A stretch of DNA of 63,079 nucleotides from Candidatus Thorarchaeota archaeon (GTDB lineage Archaea; Asgardarchaeota; Thorarchaeia; Thorarchaeales; Thorarchaeaceae), in assembly GCA_003662765.1 (NCBI GenBank), contig QMYR01000001.1, positions 1 through 63,079 of the forward strand, in the 5' to 3' direction. The notes below the pieces were generated by a model. It was given only the letters and a program-made list of their open reading frames with translations. It searched no databases and was not told the origin of the DNA. The stretch's first letter is position 1, and each line of letters starts with the position of its first letter. The position numbers and the translations under genes are program-made. Of the stretch, positions 28,305 through 38,334 are shown piece after piece.

Positions 28305-28530
28305 GAGAACGCACCGGGAACAAAGCTCTCGGCCGGTCTCGGCTTATCAAGCTTTATGCACCGACAGTAAGGCCATGCCAATTGCTGTCCCAATCCATAC
28401 GCATTTTAGGTGAGATGACCGACTCCCACGGGAATGGGGTCTCTAGTTCCCCGCAGGAGGCGACTTCTGCATTAAAACTCGTTCCGCGATGTGCTTGGAC
28501 AGACGTTCTCTCACGAGACCTATCGCAATC

Positions 28531-28566
28531 CTTTTTAGCGGTTGTGCGCGTTTCGTACACAACCGC
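28531..28566 (+). promoter_or_regulatory. TATA-like box (CTTTTTAG) followed by a perfect 9-bp inverted repeat upstream of the first thioredoxin gene
   Basis: GCGGTTGTG (28538-28546), 11 nt spacer, CACAACCGC (28558-28566). Ends 20 nt before the ATG at 28586. Confidence 0.35.
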
Positions 28567-28585
28567 CTGCACGACGCGACGGGAG

Positions 28586-28960
28586 ATGAAACAGCAAATG
28601 GTTGAAGAAATCAACGCAGATCAACTTGACAAGGTGATTAGCGAGAACAAGGTAGTATTCGTGGACTGCCATGCCGTGTGGTGCCACCCGTGCAGGATAC
28701 TCAGTCCAATCCTTGAAGGCTTAGAGGAGAAGTACTCGAACAAGGGATTCAAGGTCGTAAAGATTGATGTGGACGAGAACAGGGAGTTTAGCGCCCAAAA
28801 TCAAATCACAGGTGTTCCCAGTGTCATTGTCTATAGTGAGGGGCACCGTGTGATCTTTGATGACGGCAGCGGCAGGAAGCTAGACAAGCTTGTCGGCGTT
28901 ATGCCTGAGGAAGTATACACACAGATCATAGAGAATCTGCTGGCTGAAGAGGCTGCATAG
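28586..28960 (+). CDS. trx: thioredoxin, active site WCHPC
   Basis: ATG at 28586 inside ORF 28382-28960. VVFVDCHAVWCHPCRILSP...ITGVPSVIVY is the thioredoxin fold signature. Confidence 0.85.
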   Translation: MKQQMVEEINADQLDKVISENKVVFVDCHAVWCHPCRILSPILEGLEEKYSNKGFKVVKIDVDENREFSAQNQITGVPSVIVYSEGHRVIFDDGSGRKLDKLVGVMPEEVYTQIIENLLAEEAA

Positions 28961-28970
28961 GCAGCCCGCC

Positions 28971-29002
28971 GTGGGACTCTGTCCCACACACTTTCTTCTT
29001 TG
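28971..29002 (+). terminator. hairpin plus T-rich tract after the first thioredoxin gene
   Basis: GTGGGAC-TCT-GTCCCAC (28971-28987) followed by ACACTTTCTTCTTTG. A CTTTAAGG box further downstream could drive the second trx gene. Confidence 0.4.
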
Positions 29003-29057
29003 CCGTATGACTTTAAGGCTGCAACGTCAGATTCTGTCACACGGGAGTTGAGTTGCA

Positions 29058-29438
29058 ATGGTCAGAGATGTTTCTCCAGAGGAACTCGAAGATACTGTGA
29101 AGAACACAAGAGTCGTTCTAGTCGACTGTTGGGCGGCATGGTGCAGTCCTTGCCGTGCACTCGCGCCAATCTTTGAGGGACTGGAGGCCAAATACGCGGA
29201 CAACAAGAATGTCGCCTTCTTGAAGCTCGATGTCGACAAGTATCGTGCGTTCGCAATGGAGAAGGAGATCACCGCAATCCCGTGTGTGCTTGTGTACCAC
29301 AACGGGAAGCCTGCTACCATCAAGATATACAACCGGTTCAAACAGGGATATGACACCTCTGACCAGCTCGTTGGCCTTCGGGATGCTGAAGACTACGAGG
29401 CTGTCATCAAGCAACTGCTTGAGGAACAGAGCACCTGA
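29058..29438 (+). CDS. trx: thioredoxin, active site WCSPC
   Basis: VVLVDCWAAWCSPCRALAP...ITAIPCVLVY. 126 aa. Confidence 0.85.
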   Translation: MVRDVSPEELEDTVKNTRVVLVDCWAAWCSPCRALAPIFEGLEAKYADNKNVAFLKLDVDKYRAFAMEKEITAIPCVLVYHNGKPATIKIYNRFKQGYDTSDQLVGLRDAEDYEAVIKQLLEEQST

Positions 29439-29461
29439 TGTTTTATATGACACTCTAGCCG

Positions 29462-30013
29462 TTGGTCATCCAGAGGAGTGTTGTTGGATTGCCGATACTG
29501 CCCTTTGGTGACACCGTACCTCGGATTGATCCCACTGCGTACGTGAGTGAACAGGCAACGATTGTGGGTGATGTGGACATAGGCCCTAAGAGTAGCATCT
29601 GGCCAGGTGCCGTGATTCGAGGTGACGAGGCCCCTGTCAGAATCGGAGAAAACACCTGTGTTCAAGACAGTGTTGTGATACACGCTCACAACAAAGACAA
29701 CCCGGCCATCATCGGCAGTGCTGTCGTAATTGGCACCGCATCCGTGATACATGGAGTGTACGTCGGCGACTCGGTGGTAATAGGCGATGGGTGCGTCGTG
29801 TTTGATGGCGCGACACTTGGGGAAGGTGTGATGTTGGTGCCAGGATCAATTGTTCCTGCCAATGTCGTGATTCCGCCGCGCAGCCTCAACTCTGGTGCGC
29901 CAGCATCGCAGATTCGAGAGCTGACAAGAGAAGAGGTCGAGAAACACACCGACAGAGCTGAAACCATCGCCGGCGTGTTCCAGAAGCTACACAAGTGGCA
30001 ACGAATGCCATAG
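29462..30013 (+). CDS. gamma-carbonic-anhydrase-like left-handed beta-helix (hexapeptide) protein
   Basis: [36 protein letters not shown] plus downstream hexapeptide repeats. TTG start is uncertain. Confidence 0.8.
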   Translation: MVIQRSVVGLPILPFGDTVPRIDPTAYVSEQATIVGDVDIGPKSSIWPGAVIRGDEAPVRIGENTCVQDSVVIHAHNKDNPAIIGSAVVIGTASVIHGVYVGDSVVIGDGCVVFDGATLGEGVMLVPGSIVPANVVIPPRSLNSGAPASQIRELTREEVEKHTDRAETIAGVFQKLHKWQRMP

Positions 30014-30014
30014 T

Positions 30015-31151
30015 TCATAGTGTTTCTCGTGATAGAGATGCAAGATTCTCACAACCGTTATGGCTCATGAGAAACATATCGGCTATTTTTGCGGTGCCGT
30101 GAGCGGTGTTGAAGCACACGGGCCGAATAGAGAGAACACAGCCTTCTCTCACAGAACTTGTACTGGACGGATCAATGAATGGGGGCTCGCGAAGATCGAG
30201 GCCAATTGAGCTGCCAAGAGGCAGTGACAATACGTAATCAGGACCACGCCTTCTTGCATTCTGAAGTGTCCTCGTTGCCACATCGCCCAGTCCCGCTCCC
30301 AGTTCAAGCTTCTTCTCAATGTCATCGACTGTGTTCAGGGCAAACTCGAAGAGTGACCGTTGATCAGCAGAGGGGTGCCCCGCGTGAACCGTCCTCGCTA
30401 ACTCAGCGAAATATCCTGCAAAACTGACCGTCACGTCAATGACAACAAGGTCGTCAGCGGCGACCCTGGCCGAGCCCGGTCGCGCGAAGGGCAGTCGGCC
30501 ATGATTACCAACTAATACTGCAGCCCTAATGCCACGTAGCTGCCCTCCAGCCCCCCGCATCACGGACTCTATCTCCAAGGACATTTCGGTCTCAGACTTT
30601 CCGATGTCGATTATCTCAAGCCCCGTTCTGATGCCAATCTCGGCCACTCTGACCGCCTGTCGTATCGCCTCGATCTCGGCGGCGTCCTTAATCTGGCGGA
30701 GCCGCCACAAGATTTTTGAGAAGTCCACGAAACCCGCGTCTGGTAGGAGGGACTTGAGGCTGTCAAACTCGCGAACAGACAGCCAATTCCGTTCTAGGCC
30801 AAGTGTACCTCTATCAACACCCAGATCCCGCACAATCTCGACAATACGAGGCCAGAAGTCCGAGCCCTGTGGAAAGTTCCAGTCATTGAACTCGTGTCGG
30901 GAGTAGGTCATGACCTCAGCCATCACCGACTCCGGACGGACACCGTCCGTCTGCTGCTCCGAAACGATTAGTATGGGCCGGGCATCATCGGCAACTATGC
31001 ATGCGGCAGGCACCTCATGGCTCGGAAGGTCATATCCAGTAACATATCTGATGTTGGATGGTCGGGTGATGACCACCGCATCAATACCCTCATGCTGCAT
31101 AGACCGGTGAATCTTCTCAAGCCGTTGAGGTGTGAACTGCATGATGGGCAA
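30015..31151 (-). CDS. M24-family Xaa-Pro peptidase
   Basis: 378 aa. Creatinase-like N-domain (IDAVVITRPSNIRYVTGYD) followed by a pita-bread C-domain. Confidence 0.8.
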   Translation of the reverse strand: MPIMQFTPQRLEKIHRSMQHEGIDAVVITRPSNIRYVTGYDLPSHEVPAACIVADDARPILIVSEQQTDGVRPESVMAEVMTYSRHEFNDWNFPQGSDFWPRIVEIVRDLGVDRGTLGLERNWLSVREFDSLKSLLPDAGFVDFSKILWRLRQIKDAAEIEAIRQAVRVAEIGIRTGLEIIDIGKSETEMSLEIESVMRGAGGQLRGIRAAVLVGNHGRLPFARPGSARVAADDLVVIDVTVSFAGYFAELARTVHAGHPSADQRSLFEFALNTVDDIEKKLELGAGLGDVATRTLQNARRRGPDYVLSLPLGSSIGLDLREPPFIDPSSTSSVREGCVLSIRPVCFNTAHGTAKIADMFLMSHNGCENLASLSRETL

Positions 31152-31258
31152 CTCAAGAGTCCTGTTAGCACGGTCATACCCGTGACGTTGTGTGCAGGCA
31201 GATGTGGTGCCAATTTAAGCCTCACGCAGTGACATACGATTTGTACGTGGAGAAAGAG

Positions 31259-31336
31259 TGGCGGGACCGCCCGGATTTGAACCGGGGATTACCAACTCCG
31301 CAGGCTGGCGCCTTATCCAAGCTAGACTACGGCCCC
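31259..31336 (-). tRNA. tRNA-Arg (anticodon GCG), CCA encoded
   Basis: Reverse complement GGGGCCGTAGTCTAGCTTGGATAAGGCGCCAGCCTGCGGAGTTGGTAATCCCCGGTTCAAATCCGGGCGGTCCCGCCA folds as a cloverleaf: 7-bp acceptor stem, anticodon loop CTGCGGA, T-loop TTCAAAT. Confidence 0.9.
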
Positions 31337-31358
31337 GTTCTCCGCGTGCGTCGTTTGT

Positions 31359-31364
31359 CTTATA
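31359..31364 (-). promoter_or_regulatory. TATA box (TATAAG) for tRNA-Arg(GCG)
   Basis: Lies 23-28 nt upstream of the mature tRNA 5' end, the normal archaeal spacing. Confidence 0.5.
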
Positions 31365-31406
31365 GACTCTTCGCTGCGGAAACAAGCTGCTAGGCATTCG
31401 CAGTAT

Positions 31407-31625
31407 TCAACAGGCATTGTCAGAGTGTGTACCGACTACTCTCACAGTCACACGGTCCTTCTTCTTGGTGACCTCCAGTGTGTGCGCGGAGGTACGCATG
31501 ATGAACGTCTCGTTGTCCTCAAGACTCTCAAGAATCCTCTTGCCAAGAGGACCATTCAGATACCGCTCGAACCTGCGGGCCACACCGTCATCAGACGGCC
31601 CTACGAAGTCCTTCAGAACACTCAT
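31407..31625 (-). CDS. hypothetical small protein (72 aa) between the two tRNA-Arg genes
   Basis: ORF 31407-31673. Internal ATG at 31625 (MSVLKDFVGPSDD...) has a TTTATAT box 35-41 nt upstream. No family recognised. Confidence 0.4.
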   Translation of the reverse strand: MSVLKDFVGPSDDGVARRFERYLNGPLGKRILESLEDNETFIMRTSAHTLEVTKKKDRVTVRVVGTHSDNAC

Positions 31626-31659
31626 TGAGGGCGCCTCGCCGATGAGTTCAGACTGGGAG

Positions 31660-31666
31660 ATATAAA
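31660..31666 (-). promoter_or_regulatory. TATA-like box (TTTATAT) upstream of the 72-aa ORF
   Basis: AT-rich heptamer in otherwise GC-balanced sequence, 35-41 nt upstream of the ATG at 31625. Confidence 0.35.
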
Positions 31667-31696
31667 CTCCCACAAGTCACAGCAGAAGAAGAGAGA

Positions 31697-31774
31697 TGGC
31701 GGGACCGCCCGGATTCGAACCGGGGAAGACCAACTCCGGAGGCTGGCGCCTTATCCAAGCTAGACTACGGCCCC
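31697..31774 (-). tRNA. tRNA-Arg (anticodon CCG), CCA encoded
   Basis: Reverse complement GGGGCCGTAGTCTAGCTTGGATAAGGCGCCAGCCTCCGGAGTTGGTCTTCCCCGGTTCGAATCCGGGCGGTCCCGCCA. Differs from the GCG isoacceptor only at anticodon position 34, the variable loop and one T-loop base. Confidence 0.9.
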
Positions 31775-31798
31775 GTCTACGAGAGCCTCTGGCTGTTC

Positions 31799-31804
31799 TT
31801 TAAA
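31799..31804 (-). promoter_or_regulatory. TATA box (TTTAAA) for tRNA-Arg(CCG)
   Basis: Lies 25-30 nt upstream of the mature tRNA 5' end. Confidence 0.5.
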
Positions 31805-31825
31805 GATTTGCTCTGGCCCCCTTGT

Positions 31826-32419
31826 TCATCTCTTAATGTACTCTGTATTGATTAGCCACCACGCTCCGCGCTTTCCGTCTACGACTCCTTTCTCATGGGC
31901 CAGAATCGGCACACCAAGGAGTTCCTTGGCGCGACTGTTTAGTCCCTCAATGCGGCTGTGAATGGTTCGCCTCTTGCTCTTGTCCTTCAGTAGAACCTCA
32001 GCGAGCTCCGGTGTCGTCGCCCCTCTGTGCCTCACGAAGTAAGCGATAAGCCGCCTATCAAGATCATCTCGGCATACTCTCCTCAGGGTCACGTCATTGA
32101 GGGCTCCTAGAAGGACTTCCTTCTCATGAAGCGACTCTAGACGCTCAACACGTTTCCGTAGCTCCTCAATATCGCGCATGATTTCGGTGACAAATGGCGG
32201 CATTTCCTGATCTAGGCGCCAAAGAATCGCCTCCCGGATGAACCGCTGGCGACCTCTGCTTCCGGCCACCTCATCAATCCTATCAACAATCTCCTGATCC
32301 AGCGTCACCCGTATGGAGAGCGTCCGTTTTCCTTTCCGCGGTGACAGAGCTGCCAACTCCTTCGCAGACAACAGCGCCGTATGAGAAAAAGGCTTTGTCA
32401 GTAGAAACGAGTCTCTCAC
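31826..32419 (-). CDS. ribbon-helix-helix (CopG-like) regulator with C-terminal winged-helix-like domain
   Basis: RTLSIRVTLDQEIVDRIDEVAGSRGRQRFIREAILWRL is an RHH motif. A coiled segment follows, then LIAYFVRHRGATTPELAEVL (HTH-like). GTG start uncertain. Confidence 0.6.
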   Translation of the reverse strand: MRDSFLLTKPFSHTALLSAKELAALSPRKGKRTLSIRVTLDQEIVDRIDEVAGSRGRQRFIREAILWRLDQEMPPFVTEIMRDIEELRKRVERLESLHEKEVLLGALNDVTLRRVCRDDLDRRLIAYFVRHRGATTPELAEVLLKDKSKRRTIHSRIEGLNSRAKELLGVPILAHEKGVVDGKRGAWWLINTEYIKR

Positions 32420-32439
32420 GGAGTTGAAAGAAGCGACAC

Positions 32440-32868
32440 GTGTACGCTGGAGACCTTCAGCGTTACAATTATAACACGACTGAAGTCCTCACTGCACTGA
32501 TTGCCACGGCGGAGTTGAAGGACTTGAACAAGCAGAAGGCCCTCAAGCGAGAACTCACACGACTGAGGAAGACACAGAACCCATCAGCCATTGACTTCAG
32601 AAGGATGCGCAGGCTCCGGCGAGCAAGAACCACGTATTGGGCACTGCTCAAGAAGAAACATAGACTGTCGGAAGAGGTTTCCGTACGAGAGAAGAAGGAG
32701 AAGAAACCGAAGAAAGAGAAGAAGAAAAAGGTCAAGGAGCCGGAGCTCGAAGAGATAGAGCCTGAGCTTGAGGCCATTCAGGACACCGACATTGATGACC
32801 TCTATGCCTTTGACGCCGATGAATTTGATGAGGATAGTGAGGAGGAGTCCGAGGAATCGACGACGTAG
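32440..32868 (+). CDS. hypothetical highly charged protein (Lys-rich block followed by acidic tail)
   Basis: 142 aa containing KKEKKPKKEKKKKVKEPELEEIEPELEAIQDTDIDDLYAFDADEFDEDSEEESEESTT. The antisense ORF is obvious junk (poly-S/F). Start codon uncertain (GTG, only 20 nt from the divergent gene). Confidence 0.45.
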   Translation: MYAGDLQRYNYNTTEVLTALIATAELKDLNKQKALKRELTRLRKTQNPSAIDFRRMRRLRRARTTYWALLKKKHRLSEEVSVREKKEKKPKKEKKKKVKEPELEEIEPELEAIQDTDIDDLYAFDADEFDEDSEEESEESTT

Positions 32869-32977
32869 AAACAGGAGTAGTGGCTCAGTAGCAATACAAA
32901 CACTCTTACAACTCTTGGCCCAACCTTCTCACGAGCAGTGATTCCTACAACACTGTGTCTACCATAAAGCTGGTCAG

Positions 32978-33811
32978 GTGATAGAGCTGGGCACGTTGCG
33001 TGAGATTCTGAGGCGTCTGGAAACACTAGCACCGCGAGAGTTCACTCTTCATGGTTTCGAGAGCCGGGTTGAGGTTGGCCATCAGACAGAGCATGAACAG
33101 ATCAAGACAACTGTGAAACGAGTGTTGGTGGCCACATACCCGTCCCGAAGAGTGGTCACCAAGGCCTCACAAATGAAGGCGAACCTTCTTGTGACACATC
33201 GGCCTCTGTTCCCCTGGGCAATCGATAGAGTCACCGGGGCCGACCTTGTTCGACTCAGGCTCCTCACCAAGAACTACACCTCAACGTATGTCATGGGCAG
33301 CCCCTGGATTGCGGCACGTGACGGGCTCTCGGACGCCCTCGTGGAGGCACTCGGGCTCACACGAGTACGCGACTTCACAGTTGTAGGTGACTTTTCACAA
33401 AGCGTACCAATAGGAAGAGTCTGTACAACCAGCAAGGACATGAATCACTCCGGCTTTGCGAACTATGTCGCAGCGAAGCTGTCAATCGAGAACATGGTCT
33501 TTACCGGCGACCTTGACGCACAGGTCGAGGAGGTATTCGTGGTCGCGGGATCAATCTTGGACATGCCTGAGATACTGGAGGCCAAGAAGCAGGGGGCCAA
33601 GACCATAGTCACAGGCGAACTCGCCCCAGACATTCGCCTGCTGGCACGCGAGGAGGACCTGAACGTTCTCGAACTTGGGGCATTCGTCACAGAGGAGCCC
33701 GGCATGCGAAGGTTGTGCAACTACCTACGCTTGGAGCTGGAGGGTGAGAATTACACCATAGAGTTTGAGGAAACCCGCCCGGTAACGCGAGTTCTACGAC
33801 CCTACAAATGA
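32978..33811 (+). CDS. NIF3-family dinuclear-metal protein
   Basis: VLVATYPSRRVVTKASQMKANLLVTHRPLFPW and a C-terminal TGEL segment fit the NIF3 (GTP cyclohydrolase I type 2-like) layout. 277 aa. Confidence 0.75.
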   Translation: MIELGTLREILRRLETLAPREFTLHGFESRVEVGHQTEHEQIKTTVKRVLVATYPSRRVVTKASQMKANLLVTHRPLFPWAIDRVTGADLVRLRLLTKNYTSTYVMGSPWIAARDGLSDALVEALGLTRVRDFTVVGDFSQSVPIGRVCTTSKDMNHSGFANYVAAKLSIENMVFTGDLDAQVEEVFVVAGSILDMPEILEAKKQGAKTIVTGELAPDIRLLAREEDLNVLELGAFVTEEPGMRRLCNYLRLELEGENYTIEFEETRPVTRVLRPYK

Positions 33812-33821
33812 CGCTGCACTC

Positions 33822-34736
33822 TTACACGGCAGGCCTACGGATTAATACGACGTTCTTGTTGCGTGGCACGCCGACATGCCTTGCCACAGGCTCGCACTTT
33901 GTCCGTAGAATGTGGACAATCGGACACGGTGGATCAAACTCAGTCATTGACTCGTAGTTCCCCATACCCTTGGCCACAATCAGTTCGGCAGAGAAGAGAG
34001 CTTCGCGAAACTCCTGTGAGTTCCGTTCAAGATTGACACCAATGGCAGCTGCGCCTGTATTGCGGACCTCGTCGGCATACCGATCCAATCCGACCTCGAG
34101 TGCGTCTTCCATTGTTGCATCATTGAGGACAGGGCCCCCCTTCACGTAGGCGATGACACGAGGCCCCAACTTGCGAATCTCAGAGATGAGCACCATATCA
34201 AGTACGACTTCGCCTGCATTGTCCATGAGATAGAGGACCTCATGGGAGTTCTGGCACAGTTCTCTAAAGGCGTCCACCTCGTCAATTGCCAAGTCGTGTT
34301 CCACGCGCGCTAAGATATCCCGGAGTTCTTCGAGGTCAAACTCTCGCCCCGATACATCAAACTCTATGGCGTTGGCGGCCGCCGCCACAAGAGCAGCCCT
34401 GCGAAACCGCGCCTGCTCATCACCCAACTCCTCAACAAGCCTCTGAAGGTCAGGAAGTAGTTCCAATGCCATTTGATTCGACTTGTGCTTGAGTTCGGCA
34501 TACGGGTCCTTTCCAGTCATGCGCTGAACAAGGAGGTCGCGGTCAGTGCCAATGTGACTTGGCACAGAGTCTGGACTGAGATTGTCGGCCAGGAACCTCG
34601 TCATGGCCATCATGACCTGCATCTGCAGCTCCGGATCATCTGTGGCAAGCCGGGTCTGATTCACTGCACGCTGCAGCAGACAATGAACACACTCAATGGA
34701 CACCTTCAAGTTGAATCGCCGACACACTCGCGACAT
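33822..34736 (-). CDS. DUF89 damage-control phosphatase
   Basis: ECVHCLLQRA N-terminal motif, YLMDNAGEVVLD (DNxGE) and KGMGNYES are all present. Confidence 0.85.
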   Translation of the reverse strand: MSRVCRRFNLKVSIECVHCLLQRAVNQTRLATDDPELQMQVMMAMTRFLADNLSPDSVPSHIGTDRDLLVQRMTGKDPYAELKHKSNQMALELLPDLQRLVEELGDEQARFRRAALVAAAANAIEFDVSGREFDLEELRDILARVEHDLAIDEVDAFRELCQNSHEVLYLMDNAGEVVLDMVLISEIRKLGPRVIAYVKGGPVLNDATMEDALEVGLDRYADEVRNTGAAAIGVNLERNSQEFREALFSAELIVAKGMGNYESMTEFDPPCPIVHILRTKCEPVARHVGVPRNKNVVLIRRPAV

Positions 34737-34765
34737 TCAGTATGAAAAACCACTCGGATGAGGAC

Positions 34766-36155
<1,390 letters not shown>

Positions 36156-36290
36156 CGTCTTTTCAACTCCTCAGTCGGAGAACAGCATTGGTTTGAGTGG
36201 GGCATGGCGCTTTGCTAGCATCGGCCCCCGTCTTCATCAGAAGGGAATACTCACACGCAAAAAAAGGTAGCTTGTACTTTCATCTTGGAG

Positions 36291-36509
36291 TCATCTTGAT
36301 GTGCAGGTGCTCGTCCGGACGGATTCTTTCAATTGAGCGATAAGAGGACTCCCGGCCTTCTTATCCCGACGACCCCACAGCTCATCTACAAGCAAGTCAC
36401 GGATGGCGATACGAATCACCTCGGATCTGTTCGGATACATCGCACGCTTGATGAGTTGATCCATTCCTTGAACGTAAGATTCGGGCAGGCAAATTGTGAC
36501 TACTTTCAT
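36291..36509 (-). CDS. ribbon-helix-helix (CopG/NikR-N-like) DNA-binding protein
   Basis: 72 aa. MKVVTICLPESYVQGMDQLIKRAMYPNRSEVIRIAIRDLL is a textbook RHH. Confidence 0.7.
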   Translation of the reverse strand: MKVVTICLPESYVQGMDQLIKRAMYPNRSEVIRIAIRDLLVDELWGRRDKKAGSPLIAQLKESVRTSTCTSR

Positions 36510-36648
36510 TCTTATTCGACAAGCACAGTCACAGACCTGCTAATGAACTCGTGTCATTCCCCCGTGACAACCGTAGTAATACTCACTTGGCCCAATTACA
36601 TATAACAGGACGTTAGTGACTGTTCACTGTGCCCGTTCTTAGAGGTGA

Positions 36649-36954
36649 ATGATGGACATGGGAAAGGGAAAGTCGAAGGCCGGCAAGATTCGTGCCAGCC
36701 ACATCCTTGTTGAGAAGCATAGTCAAGCCCTTGAGATCATTCGGAAGATATCTGAAGGTGCCGACTTCAAAGAGATGGCGCGACAATACAGCACCTGCCC
36801 GTCCAAGAAGAAAGGTGGGGATCTTGGCTGGTTTGGGCGGGGACAGATGGTGCCAGAGTTTGAACGTGCAGCCTTTGCCCTGAATGTGGGCCAGATGACA
36901 CATGAGCCAGTGAAGACTAAATTCGGATATCACATCATCAAGCGAACCGGCTGA
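36649..36954 (+). CDS. single-domain parvulin-type peptidyl-prolyl isomerase (Par14/PinA-like)
   Basis: [11 protein letters not shown]...[23 protein letters not shown]...[15 protein letters not shown], with a Lys/Gly-rich N-terminus [13 protein letters not shown]. Confidence 0.9.
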   Translation: MMDMGKGKSKAGKIRASHILVEKHSQALEIIRKISEGADFKEMARQYSTCPSKKKGGDLGWFGRGQMVPEFERAAFALNVGQMTHEPVKTKFGYHIIKRTG

Positions 36955-37009
36955 GCCTAGTTTGCCCAGTAGAAATAGGGAGAAGCGGGAGAGAATCCCG
37001 CTCCATAGA

Positions 37010-38167
37010 TTATTCTGCTGAGTCGGATGTGTCCGTGGTCTTGCCTGTCGGAACAATCTCCTGATCCGAGAAACGCTTCTCGAACTTGGTCAGTACGCTC
37101 GGTAGAGTGGTGTACTCCATGGACTCCTCGTCCAAGCGATGCGGCATGAACGGTCCGTGGCGACGTAGGTAGTCAGCAACCTCCATCGCCCTCTGGCGTG
37201 TGCTGTCGAATGCCACATCCTCGAAGAAGTCGACAGGCCCTAGAAGAAGACCGTCGTGAACTTGGAAGCCGAGTCCTACAACTCTTGGGGGTCCGTCGAA
37301 ACGTGTACATCGCGAGTCCTTTAGCCCCACCGGCATGAGCGGCCCGATGTGCGAGCCGCGCATCCAACCTGCCACCATATGTGGCAACGCAAACGCCTCA
37401 AGAACTTCACCCATTGCGGGCAGACCCGAGTGCGCCCGAATGATTGCGACAGGATCATCCTTGCCGATGTACTTGCCAGCAATCTGATGCAGCTTGTCTG
37501 TGCTCACTGCCGCGGCCACGAGACCGTCCTTCCGGTAGACCTTCTTGATTGTGTAGCGACTGGTACTTCCCAACAGGGCCAGAAGGTCGTACATCTCTTC
37601 GGGACATCGCATCTCAACAAAGTGTGGCGTTGACTGTTTGATATCCTGAATAACAAAGATGAATCCCTGGTGAAGGTTGGGGTCTATTACGAGACCCGCC
37701 GTGTTGAAGGGGTCTGCGAACATTCGGAACACAGGATAGTTGAACGCACCCGGCTCGGTCTTGTCCGCCATGAATATCGCGATAGGCTCCGACTTTCTCT
37801 CCTCAATTGTCATCTCAGCAGAGCCGGGACCCATTCCACGGACGTTGCCACTGAACGTGTCTGAGAGAATGTCCTGTCCAGCAGCGTATATCTTCTTCTC
37901 ACGACCAAGCTTGGCGCCCTCATTGAAGATGTCCCATGCCAGCTGGTGAATCTCTTCGTTGTCCTCGCCCTTATGATGTGTCATGATAAGTTCGAGATCA
38001 TCGCCGGCATTGGCGACATAGTAGTCCTTGATAATGCCCTTCTGGACGCCCTCCTTGAGTCGTTTCCGCGCCAACTCCATCAGAAAGTCAGGCACGACAA
38101 CGTGACCGGCAAGCGATCCGATGTCAGCCTTGATGACGCTTATTGTGGTTTCAACCATGGTTGACAT
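37010..38167 (-). CDS. fbp: bifunctional fructose-1,6-bisphosphate aldolase/phosphatase (class V FBPase)
   Basis: N-terminus TISVIKADIGSLAGHVVVP and a 385-aa length fit the archaeal FBP A/P family. Confidence 0.9.
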   Translation of the reverse strand: MSTMVETTISVIKADIGSLAGHVVVPDFLMELARKRLKEGVQKGIIKDYYVANAGDDLELIMTHHKGEDNEEIHQLAWDIFNEGAKLGREKKIYAAGQDILSDTFSGNVRGMGPGSAEMTIEERKSEPIAIFMADKTEPGAFNYPVFRMFADPFNTAGLVIDPNLHQGFIFVIQDIKQSTPHFVEMRCPEEMYDLLALLGSTSRYTIKKVYRKDGLVAAAVSTDKLHQIAGKYIGKDDPVAIIRAHSGLPAMGEVLEAFALPHMVAGWMRGSHIGPLMPVGLKDSRCTRFDGPPRVVGLGFQVHDGLLLGPVDFFEDVAFDSTRQRAMEVADYLRRHGPFMPHRLDEESMEYTTLPSVLTKFEKRFSDQEIVPTGKTTDTSDSAE

Positions 38168-38334
38168 GCTCCTGATTACGTGTGATTACACTGTCGAGGC
38201 CAAATGCCTCCTCGCTGAGGGGCCTCACGCGGTAAGGCCGCCTTTTAGCCGTGTCGGAAACGCATTCAGCGAGGTATGCCCAGCCAACTATTCTACACAC
38301 ATATAACAGTTTGGAATGATTGCTCGGAGCAACG

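Noticed and set aside
31259-31774. Near-identical tRNA-Arg copies as att sites flanking an integrated element.
   Set aside because: Only ~360 bp lie between them, holding one tiny ORF and no integrase. Both are full-length tRNAs with their own promoters and different anticodons.
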